From Tubiluchus corallicola (Eukaryota > Animalia > Priapulida): DNA of 64,000 bases. Position numbers and translations under genes: made by a program. Location of the stretch: positions 1-64,000 of the forward strand of contig JAQGDQ010000884.1 in assembly GCA_030141605.1 (NCBI GenBank), read 5' to 3'. This document shows positions 13,618 to 26,722 of this stretch, in pieces (within the stretch, counting starts at the first letter, position 1; each line of letters opens with the position of its first letter). The notes below the pieces were generated by a model, which was not told the origin of the DNA, did not search any database, and saw nothing but the letters and a program-made list of their open reading frames with translations.

Positions 13618-13848
13618 ATATGTAACTATTTTGTTATTGTTATTTCAGCCTGATCAGTGCTGTAATAAACAGAGTGGAACCTGTTCGTGTAGTGATTTCT
13701 GATGTTGTACAAATGTTGCTTTTTTCAAAGTGTCATCATCGATTTATAACGCACTTGTTAACTGCTTTGTGGTGGTTTGATCATATGCCACGGTGCTTAC
13801 TCAAGAAGTTTGTGTCTTAATTTTTTTCAAACTTATTGAACATAGCGA

Positions 13849-16800
13849 ATGGAGGGCATGAATGGGTACAGGAAGCTTTTTGAAGATGCTAGTGTTTCAG
13901 TATTATACGCAAAACATCGACCAAGCATGTCTAGTGAACTTGTAAACAAAATAATGCAATTTTTGGTTGCTGATGATGTCTTAACTGCTGTAAGTATAAA
14001 GACGTTGTTTAAGAGTCATTCTGTTAATAAGTTCATTTTAGCATGTTAGTTAAAGGGCAAGAAAAGGCGTAGCTGAAATAGGTATTATGTTACTTAATAG
14101 CAATTTTATGCATACATCGTACTCGCATTAAAAGGAATTTTTGTTTGTTTTTATTTTAAATCTCCCGCAATACTGTTACGACCGCGCCATTACATGACGT
14201 TACTACGCACAACGTAAATCAGGGGAAGAACGGGCAATGTTAGATTATGAGCCAAAAAATTTTGCGTGCAAATCTATATTACTTAACATTTCACTTACCT
14301 GCTGGAAAGACTTATGTAACTAGAAATAATAATTTAAAATACTTGTGCCAATTGGTAAAGTGTCGCTGACTCACCCTCCAGGGTGCACCACTCACTAACC
14401 AAGAACATATTTTTAATCTTATTGACAGGATGCAGTAATTTAACATTTTTCTTAGTTAGCAACACATGCTCTACGAATGCTCAGACTATTTTTTCAAACT
14501 TTACTCAGTGTTATCTAAACTTGTTTCAAACGATCTACCATCAAAATGGCTGCTCCTAGCGATCATCGCTGGAGTTTAAATTTACGGGTTTCATACAGTG
14601 TTACGGCAGCTGCAAGCCCTACATGCAAAAAGGCAGTATGTAAGTGGCATAAGACAATTTTTTGAGCTTTATGTAAGTGAAGGGTTTTCTTGTGCTTGAA
14701 TAACTGCTGGCTGAAACAATGGTGGTGAAAATTACACTGACAGAGATTATACAAAGATAAAATGTAAGTTCTCCAATCAGATTATCTCATGTACAGGGTG
14801 TATCTAAAATGCCTCTCTTCTAGAATTGTGACTTTTATTAGTACTTTTAATTTAAAATGTTGTTTTGCCAACCTAGTTTTGTTGTATTTAGTAAATAATT
14901 TTTAACTGCTTCTTAAATTTTGAATTTTTAACTTCAATTTTGTCTTTACAAATTTTATGATTTTAACTTTGTCGCTCTTATTAGTCCTATTTTCTGATGC
15001 TAATTAACAATTTAATTTCCTCTAATCCTTAATCCTTAGGTTTCTAATTTAAAATGTTCGTTCTAATTTAATGTATGCTATTGATGTGAAATTTTGATTG
15101 TAGAATTTTACTTATTTGAAATTAATGTACTACTTAATCTATTTACTATCTATTTAATGTACTAATCATGCATGGACCATCATGGAAATGTTGGATTACA
15201 TACATTTTAATGTACATAATGTAAAAAGTAAATTTCTATTCTACTGTATTCTACAAGTTGGTGTGTTGCCATTGGTTTTATATCTAAAATTGTAAAAATG
15301 GATTTCAGCCTGTTTTTCACATGTTCATGGTACTGCTGTAAAGAATTATGCAAGGAATCTAACGTTCTACGTGCGTTATAAGCAATGAGCTTATGTATCC
15401 CTTAACTTTCCTGTCTACGTGAGAGAAATATGTTAAGTTTCGTTAAAAACTTTATTTATTCAAGACCATAAATTAGCTTCTTTCAACTTACAGTTTCTTC
15501 TTACTACACAGTGTTGTTTACATTTTAGAAAAGTCCAAAATTTGATCACGCTGTGGACGTTGGATGCGGAAGTGGTCAAAGTACTCGCGCATTTGCCCCT
15601 TACTTCTCAAAACTCACAGGTGGGCTTCTTTTTAACTAGCATCATCATCAAACTTTAAAAGATGCTTATATTACTAAACAATCACCTGGAGAGCATTTAA
15701 TGACAGGAAGACTTGAAACTTTCACACGAATTTCTCTTTCCAGAAAGTTAACATAATTTCTATTGTTAAAAGATTGGTTTTGTTTAGTAATTTTTTCAAT
15801 TATGAAAAGTATTTTGAAAAGTTTTTTTGGTTTGCAGGCATTGATGTAAGTTCCAGTCAAGTAGCAGCTGCTGAGCAATCTGAAACATGTAAACACATTT
15901 CATACAGGTAAGTTCACCTTTCAAAATTTTGGAAAAAATAATTTCCCTTGTGTGGCAATGCCCTGTCTCTTCGCCCAAGTTTCAGAGCTAAATATCTATA
16001 ATTTACTTGTATATCGTAAAACAGTCAAACTTGCCACAAAAATTTGTATATTGATATCAACTGTATTACACAACTTGCGGTGTGAAACAAAAACTCCTAT
16101 GACAATCTCACAAACAAAGCCGCTAACGAAACTTTTTATAACACTAGTAATCTAAACAAACATGTCCGCCTTTTTACACTCGTCTCCTGCAGACTCGTGC
16201 ACGCCGAACAATCACCGGTCACGTGATCATTCTGATTGCGTCAGCACACCTTGTAACTAGCAAGTCTCATGTATTAAATTGACATACAGATAGTTACTTT
16301 AAAACCGAAATGACAAGGGTTCTGCTTTTGTGGTATCAATTTTGTTGTTGGCTATAATGTTAATGGGAATTGTTGGACGTGCGATGGTTTACGATTGTAT
16401 CCAGTGAGTGTGTGAAAGTTGACCGAATAGTCATGCTTGTCCAATGTCCATACTCGCATTTCTGATTCATTCTTTTTATCTTGCAGAGTTGGAACAGCAG
16501 AGGAACTGCCATTTCCAGCAGAGAGCATTGATTTAATTAACACCACTCAGGCAGCGCACTGGTTTGACTTTGCAAAGTTCTACGCAGAAGCAGATCGAGT
16601 GTTGAAACCTGGTGGTCTGATTTCAGTGAACTGCTATCGTATACCTCATTTATACAGCCTCACAGGCGACGATGACATTTCTGCTAAACTCACTGATATC
16701 ATGGAAAATGTACGTATTTTGTGCAGTTGCGTGCACCTGTATATGCTTGACAATTTTCAGAAAAAATTAGTGAATTATTTATCGTTTTGATGTTACAAGT

Positions 16801-19800
16801 ACATCAGTAACGTTTAGAGTTGCATTTGAGTTGTCTTAGTAAATTTGACATGTCGTGCAGCAGTGCTAAGAGTGTAACTGAAAACAATAATTTTAACACT
16901 AATACATATCATAAATCGGGGGTGCTCAAATTGTGGCCCGCCGAGAGAATTTGTGTGGCCCGCGAAGAGATTTGTCAACCTAATGAAAGTGCGGCCCGGG
17001 TGATTAATTGAGTGTATCCAGCTGAAGTCCGTGCCATGATCCGAAAGATAGTGCATGTAGTTTTTTCTACTAGATCGGATGCCATTAACCCTTACAAGAC
17101 GGTTGTAGCTTAATAACACTGTACTACACAGACTGTGTGATACACATTACTAATATGCATTGTAATGAAATTACCACTATCTGTCCTGAAAGTAGAAATA
17201 TATGGTTTGTAATATCAATTTTAATAACTTCTAAAATAGTTTCTTGAGTGTAGTAGTAATGATGTACGCGGGTCGGATTTCCCGCAGGAATTAACACCCC
17301 TGTCATAAATGATGGCGTCAACTACAACTAAGAGAAAGAAGCAGCAAACGCAAGCAGTAATTGTTATGTTGTAGAAATAATTATACAATTTTAATACAGG
17401 TGTATTTTTAATATTGCGTAGCGTGAAGCTTCATTGCATTATAGTGTAATAAACGGTAATCGTGTTTGAATTTCCAATATAGCCAGCCAATATGAAAACA
17501 TTTCATAAAATAAAGGAATTGAACACTGTTATAGACATATTATCTCGTCCTCTTTTGCTGGATTAAATTAATTTCTTCTAATTATTGTGTAAAAATTTTA
17601 TCATTGGTTAGTCATTTGTCAACATTGATGCTGGTGAGTAATTATGGTAAAATTTTTCAGCTTCCTCTAAAGACACTTAGAGGTTACTTGGTTAAAGATA
17701 TAGAAAGTGTTAGGAAATTTTACGATGAACTGGTGATTCCGTATGATACCAATTGTGCGTTTAGGTAAGTGTGTTAACATGTACTTACTGTCTGTGAATC
17801 AGACTCACTTTAAGACTGAGATTCAGTTTGTTTTGTTTTCATGGTTAAATATCATTGTTTTCTTAGTTTCTCATTAATAATAATAATAATAATAATATTT
17901 ATTTAAAGTCGGCTTTTGGGTCAACAATTAACATTAGCTCAAAGAGCTATTATTGCCGACTGCAAATAACAACCTACAACTACATAGCAGAGACTATTAT
18001 TACCCCACTTTTACCCTAAATGCCACGCACCAGGCAGGGCAACAGCAGGTACCATTTTTAAAGTCTTTGGTATGACCCGGCCGCTGGTTCGAACTCACGA
18101 CCTCCCAGACGGAAAGCCGACGCATTACCACTAGACTAAACCGTCTGGTCCTAAAAATTGAAAAATTGCTTTGCAATCATCTCAGCTAGTTATTGTTATG
18201 CATGGTGTAAAGTACTGGAACGTGTCAAAAATCATTTTGTGTTGTGATCCATTCTATAGTTTTGTTAAATGTTTATTGTTTTTGGCAGGTTAGTAAATAA
18301 CTTCTTTTTGTTTCGGTTTTTACTATTGAAACTCTGTGCTGGTAACTGACGTCAAACATATTGGTCTGTCGCTCTGCCTCCGCTGTAACGTAAACACGCT
18401 CAGCAGCATTCGGGACAACAGCTCACACCAGACAACAACTGTCTAAACTAAACTAAACAACAGGACAGTCACAACTAATGTCTAATCAGCAAGTAACCAA
18501 AAAATGACTTTTCAATTTAAACAGAATATAGAGACGAAGTTTCAAAGCACAACAAAATACAGAGACATAAGTATAATAAAGAAACTAAGCCAGTTAGCCT
18601 TGGTTTATTACAATAAATGAGCTACAAGAATATTAAGTTGCTCTTGCTTTTAAACATATGAACATCAAGCCTGCGATGTATTTTTCTATATTCATTGATC
18701 ATGTGCTCGCCTGCAAGACTTATTCAGTTTTCGCATTTTTCCGTTTGTTAGGCTACGGAAGTGGAACAAATTTGACTGTTCCATTCCATCGAGGACCCTT
18801 ATATTGAATGCCCGAGTTACATAAGTCCCAATGGCATCTTTTAACTTTGATTATGTCAAGAAACATAGGGTAAAATTAGCTAATATTACATTGACGTATA
18901 AATATAAGTTTTGACTACATTTGAATTAATTTTGACTGTGAAGATCTCATTGAGGTTTATGAAAACTGACCAGAAAAGAAAACATTTTGTTTTGTCCTTA
19001 TTTGAAGTTAATCAAATAGTTGTTTTATCTAAACTTGCAAAGCCATAAACAAAACTAAACTGCACATTTTCTTGACTGCAAAATGGTTTAATCAGCAACT
19101 CATAGATGTAAGCTTTGTGCATTTCTTCCTATAAATTAAACTAGACTATATATTTCCACTAATTCGTTTCCGATTTCAATTGACAATAATAAACTCTAGA
19201 AACAGGCCAATGTTTCTCCGGGTAGCTAATGAAAAGTTGAGCATTTTCATAACATGTTACACGAAGCTGTAGCTAAATGTCCCGAACGTACCTGCTGCAA
19301 GGGTGTGTGAATTGATTGGGCAGTCAAGTAAAATGATTGTCAATTAGGCAGTTAGCTGAATCATTGTAAATCTGACTTTCAGTTGATGTCTCTTCAGAGA
19401 TGATTGTGAACTCAGCGTCAAATTTGGTGAGGAAGATGTTGTAACCATAGCAACCATTGTGAGCTATGTTTCATCTTTGACTTCTTATCAGAACTATTTG
19501 AGGGAAACACCTGATACTAGATTGCTTCTGAGAATCCAGAACGAGTAAGGAAATTTAGCAAAGTGTTGTTGCAAATAAAATCAGATCATTTGCACGCAAA
19601 AATTTTTGCTTTAAAGCTGTAACCATTCCCAAAACAGTCGTCAACTTTGCAGTAACGGCTTGTAGCTAAAATTAGTGGGAGTGCTGGAAAGTTAAAAAAA
19701 ATAGACATTGTTTTAATACTGTGTAAAACAAAACAAACATTATGTAATTATAATGTTGTAATTGTCATTTTAAACAAACATAACCTTGATAAACTACTAA

Positions 19801-20476
19801 ACAAAAAAATATTGTTTTCTTACGAATAGCCTAAATTGTCGCAGTTCAAGAGTTCTGACAACAACTGACAACACGTACTGCAGTGAGCGACAGTACTCTC
19901 TCTAGCTAAAGTGCAGCATGTTATCTCAGACATGTATGCGCACAGCAGCCAAACACCGCGGTGCTTGGGCTGTGAAGCAAACAGTACTTCCCTCACGTGT
20001 TTCGGTTCCGCACAAGGAAAAAACTAAAGAAAAGAGATTATTATATTGAATATTATAGATAATAATGACTAATGAGTGAAAACAGGGGGTGCTGCAGTAC
20101 CACAGTACCTATACACAAGCCACCACTGCAACTTTGTCTATTTCAATAGAATGTGAATATCATGCAATGTTGATTAGCCTCGGTGCATTAAAGAAATTGA
20201 ATAGATGAATGGTCATGGTGCATATTTGCGACCGAAGTTAAGCAGTACTGAATCTGGTTGGTGAAAGAATAATGGTCACCAGTAAAAACTGCATAAAAGT
20301 TTGGTAAATCTTTGTTACCTGCCGGCATAAATGGCTTCGTCTCGCGACATGTTTACCTAAAACAACGTTGGAATTGTTATTTTTGCAGGTTGTTGTCAAT
20401 AATGGGAGAGGATGATCCGGACGTCGCTCGTGTCAAGGTTGCATTTCCTGTCACTCTCCTTATGGGAAAGAAATAA
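13849..20476 (+). CDS. Class I SAM-dependent methyltransferase (Methyltransf_11; DDB_G0268948/Tmt1-like), paralog 1, 287 aa
   Basis: Exons 13849-13989, 15529-15619, 15838-15907, 16487-16709, 17661-17764, 19398-19544, 20389-20476; all GT-AG with consistent phases. Motifs [40 protein letters not shown]. Confidence 0.93.
16917..17302 (+). mobile_element. hAT/Charlie-like MITE, family A copy 2 (shorter 3' part)
   Basis: cgggggtgctcaaa ... ttaacacccctg; perfect 8-bp TSD tcataaat on both sides. Confidence 0.9.
17876..18150 (-). mobile_element. tRNA-derived SINE (Meta-domain-like core)
   Basis: Minus strand: A-box-like tagtctagtggt, B-box gagttcgaacc, then ggtcataccaaagactttaaaaatggtacctgctg core and (TTA)n tail. 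Confidence 0.75.
19650..20128. mobile_element. hAT-type MITE
   Basis: cagtaacggcttgt ... acaagccaccactg imperfect TIR; perfect 8-bp TSD caactttg. Confidence 0.8.
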
Positions 20477-20914
20477 TTTTAAGAAATAAAGTTTAAGGTA
20501 AGAGATGTCCTGTCCATTACTTTCACCAATACTAATATAAAGATAGCAACGATGTGTTAGATGGATTTAGAGTCTGCTTATTTAAGATTCCAGATTGTTT
20601 TGAAAAGAAATTGATTAATTAAAATTGATAGAAGTTTAGACATTCCAGCACAGCCTATCTAGGAGGACATTCGGCATTAGGAGCCACGTCCTTCTCTCTT
20701 TCTCTCTCAACCTTTTTGGCTGATTTTTGAAAAACTTTCATGCGTAACAAATTTTGAACCAAAATTACATTGATGTCAAATAAGCCTGTTGTAGCTTTCT
20801 CATTAAAAAACTTACATTTTGATGGTCATTATACACTAGAAGTTTTATTTTAGAATATTAAAAACACTAAAATTCTTTGGATTTATGGTACTGTTTGGCT
20901 TTAATATTCTCTAA

Positions 20915-21050
20915 TGTCCCCCATACTTCTTGTTGTCCCCATGCTCCCCATACTTCTTATTCCACCCCCCCATACTCCTCATACTTCTTGTTGCTCCCCA
21001 TGGTCTCCATGCTTCTTGTTTTCCCCATGGTCCCCATACTTTTTGTCTCC
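20915..21050. repeat. Degenerate 21-24 bp tandem repeat
   Basis: Repeated ccccatacttcttgtt-like units. Confidence 0.6.
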
Positions 21051-21536
21051 TACCTTCTGTTTTAGTATCGAAAGCTCGCATTTCTAAATAAATTTTTGCA
21101 TTACTGAGTTTTGTGTGGAGTCTGTCTTCTATAGTAATCCCAGCATAATGGGTAAGACAGCAAACCTTTCCGCTGTACTCTAGAAAATTCCGTATTATCA
21201 GTAACATGCTGTCATTGTTATTATGATCAAAACTTTTTATTGTATCTATTATACAACAGCCGAGTGGTACAAATTCAAAAAGACAAATTCATAATGTGTT
21301 ATGGTGTTGGTGAACATGATTAAATGTAAAATACGAGGACTGTTTACATATTTATTTGTTTTCCTTTTGGTAATATATGTGAAAGTCATGTTTGAAGTTG
21401 TACATCACTCACTTTGTTATGATTGAGTTTAGGCACAGAAGTATGAACAAGAATAAAAAATCTATAATACATATTTGCACTGCACACAACAGAAAAGTGT
21501 TTATTAAAACTACAGACACATGAGTAGCATGACTGC

Positions 21537-22112
21537 TGCACTGAACACTGAGAGTGAGAGAGAGTTAGAGTGTGAGAGTCTCCTGCACTGAACACTGAGA
21601 GTTAGAGAGTGTGAGCCTCCTGCACTGAACACTGAGAGTTAGAGTGTGAGAGTCTCCTGCACTGAACACTGAGAGTTAGAGAGTGTGAGCCTCCTGCACT
21701 GAACACTGAGAGTTAGAGAGTGTGAGAGTCTCCTTCACTGAACACTGAGAGTTAGAGAGTGAGAGCCTCCTGCACTGAACACTGAGAGTTAGAGAGTGAG
21801 AGTCTCCTGCACTGAACACTGAGAGTTAGAGTGTGAGAGCCTCCTGCACTGAACACTGATAGTTAGAGAGTGAGAGTCTCCTGCACTGAACACTGAGTGT
21901 GAGAGAGTGAGAGTCTCCTGCACTGAACACTGAGAGTTAGAGTGTGAGAGTCTCCTGCACTGAACACTGAGTGTGAGAGTATGAGAGTGTCCTGCACTGA
22001 ACACTGAGAGTGAGAGTCTCCTGCACTGAACACTGAGAGTTAGAGTGTGAGAGTCTCCTGCACTGAACACTGAGAGTGAGAGAGTGAGAGTCTCCAACAC
22101 TGAGAGTGAGAG
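21537..22112. repeat. About 37-bp minisatellite with variable GA/GT tract, about 15 copies
   Basis: cctgcactgaacactgagagttagagtgtgagagtct. Confidence 0.95.
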
Positions 22113-22744
22113 CGACTAGAAAGCAAAACCAGTCAGTATATATAGGTATAGGTGACAGGCTTCACAACAACCATTACTTTAAAATAGGGAGAGAACCAGT
22201 GAATATGCATTCACTGCACCATACAATTATACTGGGGGTAAGTCAGCTGGTAGAATGTAAGAGGATTAGCCCATAGATGGCAGCACCTAATTATAATGTA
22301 CAATTCATTCCAACTTCCACAATATAAACTTATATTTATTTTAATGCATAAAAACTGCCTAGTTATGGTTATATCATTCAGTGACTATTTGTGTACAATT
22401 GTTTTTTCAGCTCGTATGGAAAACTAGGAACTGCGTCAGATGTGTACGAGTATGCCTTTTGTTACATCGTCGCAAAACTGTTGATTTATTTATAAACTGC
22501 AAACAATTTCACAGCTTATGAACCACAGTGCAAAACTGAATATCGTTTTCAAATCACTGTGGTCAGTAGATTTGATAAGCTTTAAGTGTGATCAGTTACC
22601 TAGAGTTTGCGCAAACAATTCATTCTTTTTGATCGCCAAAAACCTGTGCTCATTTATGGTGTGTGTGTGTGCGCGTGTACTGTTTATGACTTCAGCTGTT
22701 TACATTCACAAGTGCAGAAGATGACAGCCTATTTTTGCTGCTTT

Positions 22745-23340
22745 TACAGTGTTCATTGTGGCACTTTAACGCAGTTCATTTCAGTGGTTTTTGCACTGTT
22801 CAACGTGCAGATCTGCTTTGTTTTGTGCTGCACATTTCAGCAGTCAACGCAGCTCATTTCAGTGGTTTTTGCACTGTTCAACGTGCAGATCTGCTTTGTT
22901 TTGTGCTGCACATTTCAGCAGTCAACACAGCTCATTTCAGTGGCTTTTGCACTGTTCCTTGTGGCACTTTAATGCAGTTCATTTCAGTGGTTTTTGCACT
23001 GTTCTTTGTGGCACTTTAACACAGTTCATTTCAGTGGTTTTTGCGCTGTTCCTTGTGGCACTTTAACGCAGTTCATTTCAGTGGTTTTTGCACTGTTCAA
23101 CGCGCAGATCTGCTTGGTTTTGTGCTGCACATTTCAGCAGTCAACACAGCTCATTTCAGTGGCTTTTGCACTGTTCCTTGTGGCACTTTAACGCAGTTCA
23201 TTTCAGTGGTTTTTGCACTGTTCTTTGTGGCACTTTAACACAGTTCATTTCAGTGGTTTTTGCACTGTTCAACGCGCAGATCTGCTTGGTTTTGTGCTGC
23301 ACATTTCAGCAGTCAACACAGCTCATTTCAGTGGTTTCAC
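22745..23340. repeat. Composite minisatellite of interleaved 47-bp and 78-bp units
   Basis: Shared core catttcagtggtttttgcactgttc followed by two alternative tails. Confidence 0.9.
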
Positions 23341-25043
23341 ACTGCTGTTTGAGACTAAGTCGACGTACAGTTATCTACAGTGGACATACAAAATTAGACT
23401 CGTGTCAGGATTACAATGTGAGGATTGTACTTTGTTGGTAGATTGTTCACATCAAGTTGCTAAAAGCACTTTAGTGTTGTGCAATGCGCAATCCCAGCTT
23501 GTATCAGTAACTCATTAAGATAAGCAAGATAATTGTTATTAAGCTTATGTATTAAGCAGTGTAATTTATTTGAGCTGCATGTGAAAATTCACTTATCTTC
23601 TCTTTTCTCCTTTAAATCAAGTAAAGACTTTATTTTACTTGTGAGAACTGGAAACCACAATTTTGTTAAACATTAGTGAAATGGTGACTGTTATTGGTTT
23701 GTATCATTAATGTTCACATCAAGTAGATTGGTTGATTCCTTTTGTTAAAGATTTGGGCAAAATGTCTTTAGGAGAAGTAACTTCACTTAAATATTAAGCA
23801 ACGTTGTTAACATTTTTTTGTCTGTTTGATAATTTGAATTGTGCTAAGACTGGGTTTTGTCTGTTTTATAAGTTAAACTATGTTATTTAACTCAACCTCA
23901 TTTGGAAATCATAAATGATTAAATGAGACAGTCTCTGTAACTTTATAATTCATTGAATGTAGTTTACATTCATGCAAATCTCTGTCATGAGTATGATTTT
24001 TGCATTGTACGGTTGTTTCTTCTGTTTTGTGTCATTTCTAAAATGTTTGCAGGATAACTTTATTAACGCATCATAAATACGATTCGTAAACTTCATCGTC
24101 TTGTATGTGTCTTGTGTCCGAGTGACCGTTTAGACATTTTAAGTTAGCGTTGCTTTTATGCATGGATAGAATTGATAAGACATGGATTTTCGTCAATGAT
24201 ATAGTCTTTATTTAAACTTGAATTTTGTTTTAAATACAAAAAAAAGCTGCAGCGTGTTAAATTTTCATATGTGCTACAGGTTGACAATAAACAGTAATTG
24301 TTAACCACTCTGATTCTGGTACCTGTGGATCTACAGTAAAATACGCAAAAGTGTAAACGTGTTTTGACTCACATTTCAACTGCAGCAACTTGTACAGCTG
24401 TTATAGTAGATAACATTTTGACCAATGGCATGCCTGGGTTAGTGTTGTACTCCTGCAGGCACATTTAAACAATAGAGTTTTACTAAATTTGCTGTACCAT
24501 AGCACAGCAGCTAGACTATTGGCAACTGTATTTCAGTGTTATATACAGTTAACAAAGCAAATTTCTTTTAACTGTTAGACTACCGTTTAGAAGAACCATA
24601 CAAATACAGACATTTTGCATTTTGTGTGTTTGTATCACTCTTATACTATAAAATTATATCATGTATTTTAACCAAACGGAAGTCAAAGTTACTTCTAATA
24701 CTCTGCACATGTATTAATTATATTATTTATAATTATAATAATTATGTTTGTTATATAAATCATAATAGTGATAAGTATAACTGTCTGATTTTCTCCTATC
24801 GCAAAAAAAAATTACTCAAACTATCTGCAATCTCTAGTAGCCGAGAAAGTTTATACAATTGTCTACAGAGTTGCGTGGGAAAAAATCCTTGTCAGCCATG
24901 ATTAACTGTGTTACTTTTTTTCCTTTACAGCTGAAGTGAGTCAGTTTTGAGCATAGAAACTTGCATTTTCGTAGACTCGTTCAAAAAAGAGTGCTAAATT
25001 TTATACGACTATTACAAGAACATTTATAATGCATAACTGTAGC

Positions 25044-25478
25044 GTGAAATTACTGCTGGGAAGGACCTGTCCTATACTGCAAATGTACATGGTTCTCTTG
25101 TGAAATTATGACTACATGGATCGATAGTGAAATTACTGCTGTGAAGGACCTGTCCTATACTGCAAATGTACATGGTTCTCTTGTGAAATTATGACTACAT
25201 GGATCGATAGTGAAATTACTGCTGTGAAGGACCTGTCCTATACTGCAAATGTACATGGTTCTCTTGTGAAATTATGACTCTACATGGATCGATAGTGAAA
25301 TTACTGCTGTGAAGGACCTGTCCTATACTGCAAATGTACATGGTTCTCTTGTGAAATTATGACTCTACATGGATCGATAGTGAAATTACTGCTGTGAAGG
25401 ACCTGTCCTATACTGCAAATGTACATGGTTCTCTTGTGAAATTATGACTCTACTTGGATCGATGGTGAAATTACTGCT
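25044..25478. repeat. 83-85 bp tandem repeat, 5 copies
   Basis: gtgaaattactgctgtgaaggacctgtcctatactgcaaatg... repeated. Confidence 0.95.
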
Positions 25479-25859
25479 CAAGAAGAATTTGCTATGAAAT
25501 TTTGACTCTAGTCACTCCACATGAATTGGTTGGGAATTTACGAGTAAACTCAGAACGGTTGTGAAATTGTTGCATATCATCTATAAAGTTCTCAAGGTTT
25601 TGCTGAGACGTATGTGAACAACCGAAAAGTAAGCCTAGGTAATTATTCGAAATATGTGCAAAGTGTTTAATGCTGAATATTTTATTGCTTGATACTTGCT
25701 GAAAGTGAGTTTCTGGACAGGATGACTTTCAGCAGTGAAATTGAACAATATCACGGTCACCTCTGCAATCTAACATGCTTTATATGTGTACGGATCTCAA
25801 GCAGTACTTAATGTAAATCTTATATGTTAACATCACTTCAAACATCATTTCTTCTCCTC

Positions 25860-26230
25860 TTTTCCTTCTTCCTATCCCTAATCTTACTATTTTTTCCATT
25901 CCATCATGTCTACTAACCCTAACCTTTCTTTCATGCACTCATCCTCCCCTCCATCCTTTCCTTCTTCCTATCCCTAATTGTACTATTTTTTCCATTCCAT
26001 CATGTCTACTAACCCTAACCATTCTTTCATTCACTCATCCTTCCTTCCCTTCTTTCTTCCTATCAAAAATCTTACTATTTTTTTCCATTCCATCATGTCT
26101 ACTAACCCTAACCATTCTTTCATTCACTCATGCTCCCCTCCCTTCCTTCTTCCGCTCCCTAATCTTACTATTTTTTTCCATTCCATCATGTCTACTAACC
26201 CTAACCATTCTTTCATTCACTCATTTCTGC
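25860..26230. repeat. About 93-bp pyrimidine-rich tandem repeat, 4 copies
   Basis: ttccattccatcatgtctactaaccctaacc recurs at 93-96 bp spacing. Confidence 0.85.
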
Positions 26231-26237
26231 CACCTTA

Positions 26238-26382
26238 ACAAGCCAGGCTTTCAAGGTGTCACACAGCAACTCTTTTATTTGGTTATTTTGACTTCATCAA
26301 CGTTTTTTACCTATACTGTTTCTTTTTGTTTCAATAATATTGTATGTTGATGTATTGTATATGTATTGCTGGAGTGAAATAA

Positions 26383-26424
<42 letters not shown>
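26238..26424 (+). mobile_element. Probable LINE (L2-like) 3' end with (GATT)n tail
   Basis: AT-rich UTR-like segment ending gaaataaa followed by about 10 gatt units. Confidence 0.5.
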
Positions 26425-26722
26425 GTAGCAATAGTGATTGTGCTTTCGATGATTAATTTTTGCTGTACAGCTATTTAAACTCTGATTTTGTTGGAAGTGC
26501 TAATACGATAAATATATGTTTAATTTTATCAGTCATTTACATTTTTATTCCTCTTAGTGGTTGTGTGGTGCAGGCCCAATGTACTCCTTTGCTTGGCGGA
26601 GGGGGGGGGCATATAATGCTGTTAAGGTGGCCCTGATTATGTATACCTTGATGACTTGTTACTTTATTTTTTTCAGAGTTACTAAAATCAACAGCTTGCA
26701 TTTCATTTGTAGACATTAGAGC

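Noticed and set aside
18080-18150. tRNA gene
   Set aside because: Pol III boxes are followed by a SINE body and simple-repeat tail; no convincing cloverleaf.
25910-26210. ctaaccctaacc telomere-like motifs
   Set aside because: Only two hexamers per 93-bp unit; not a telomeric tract.
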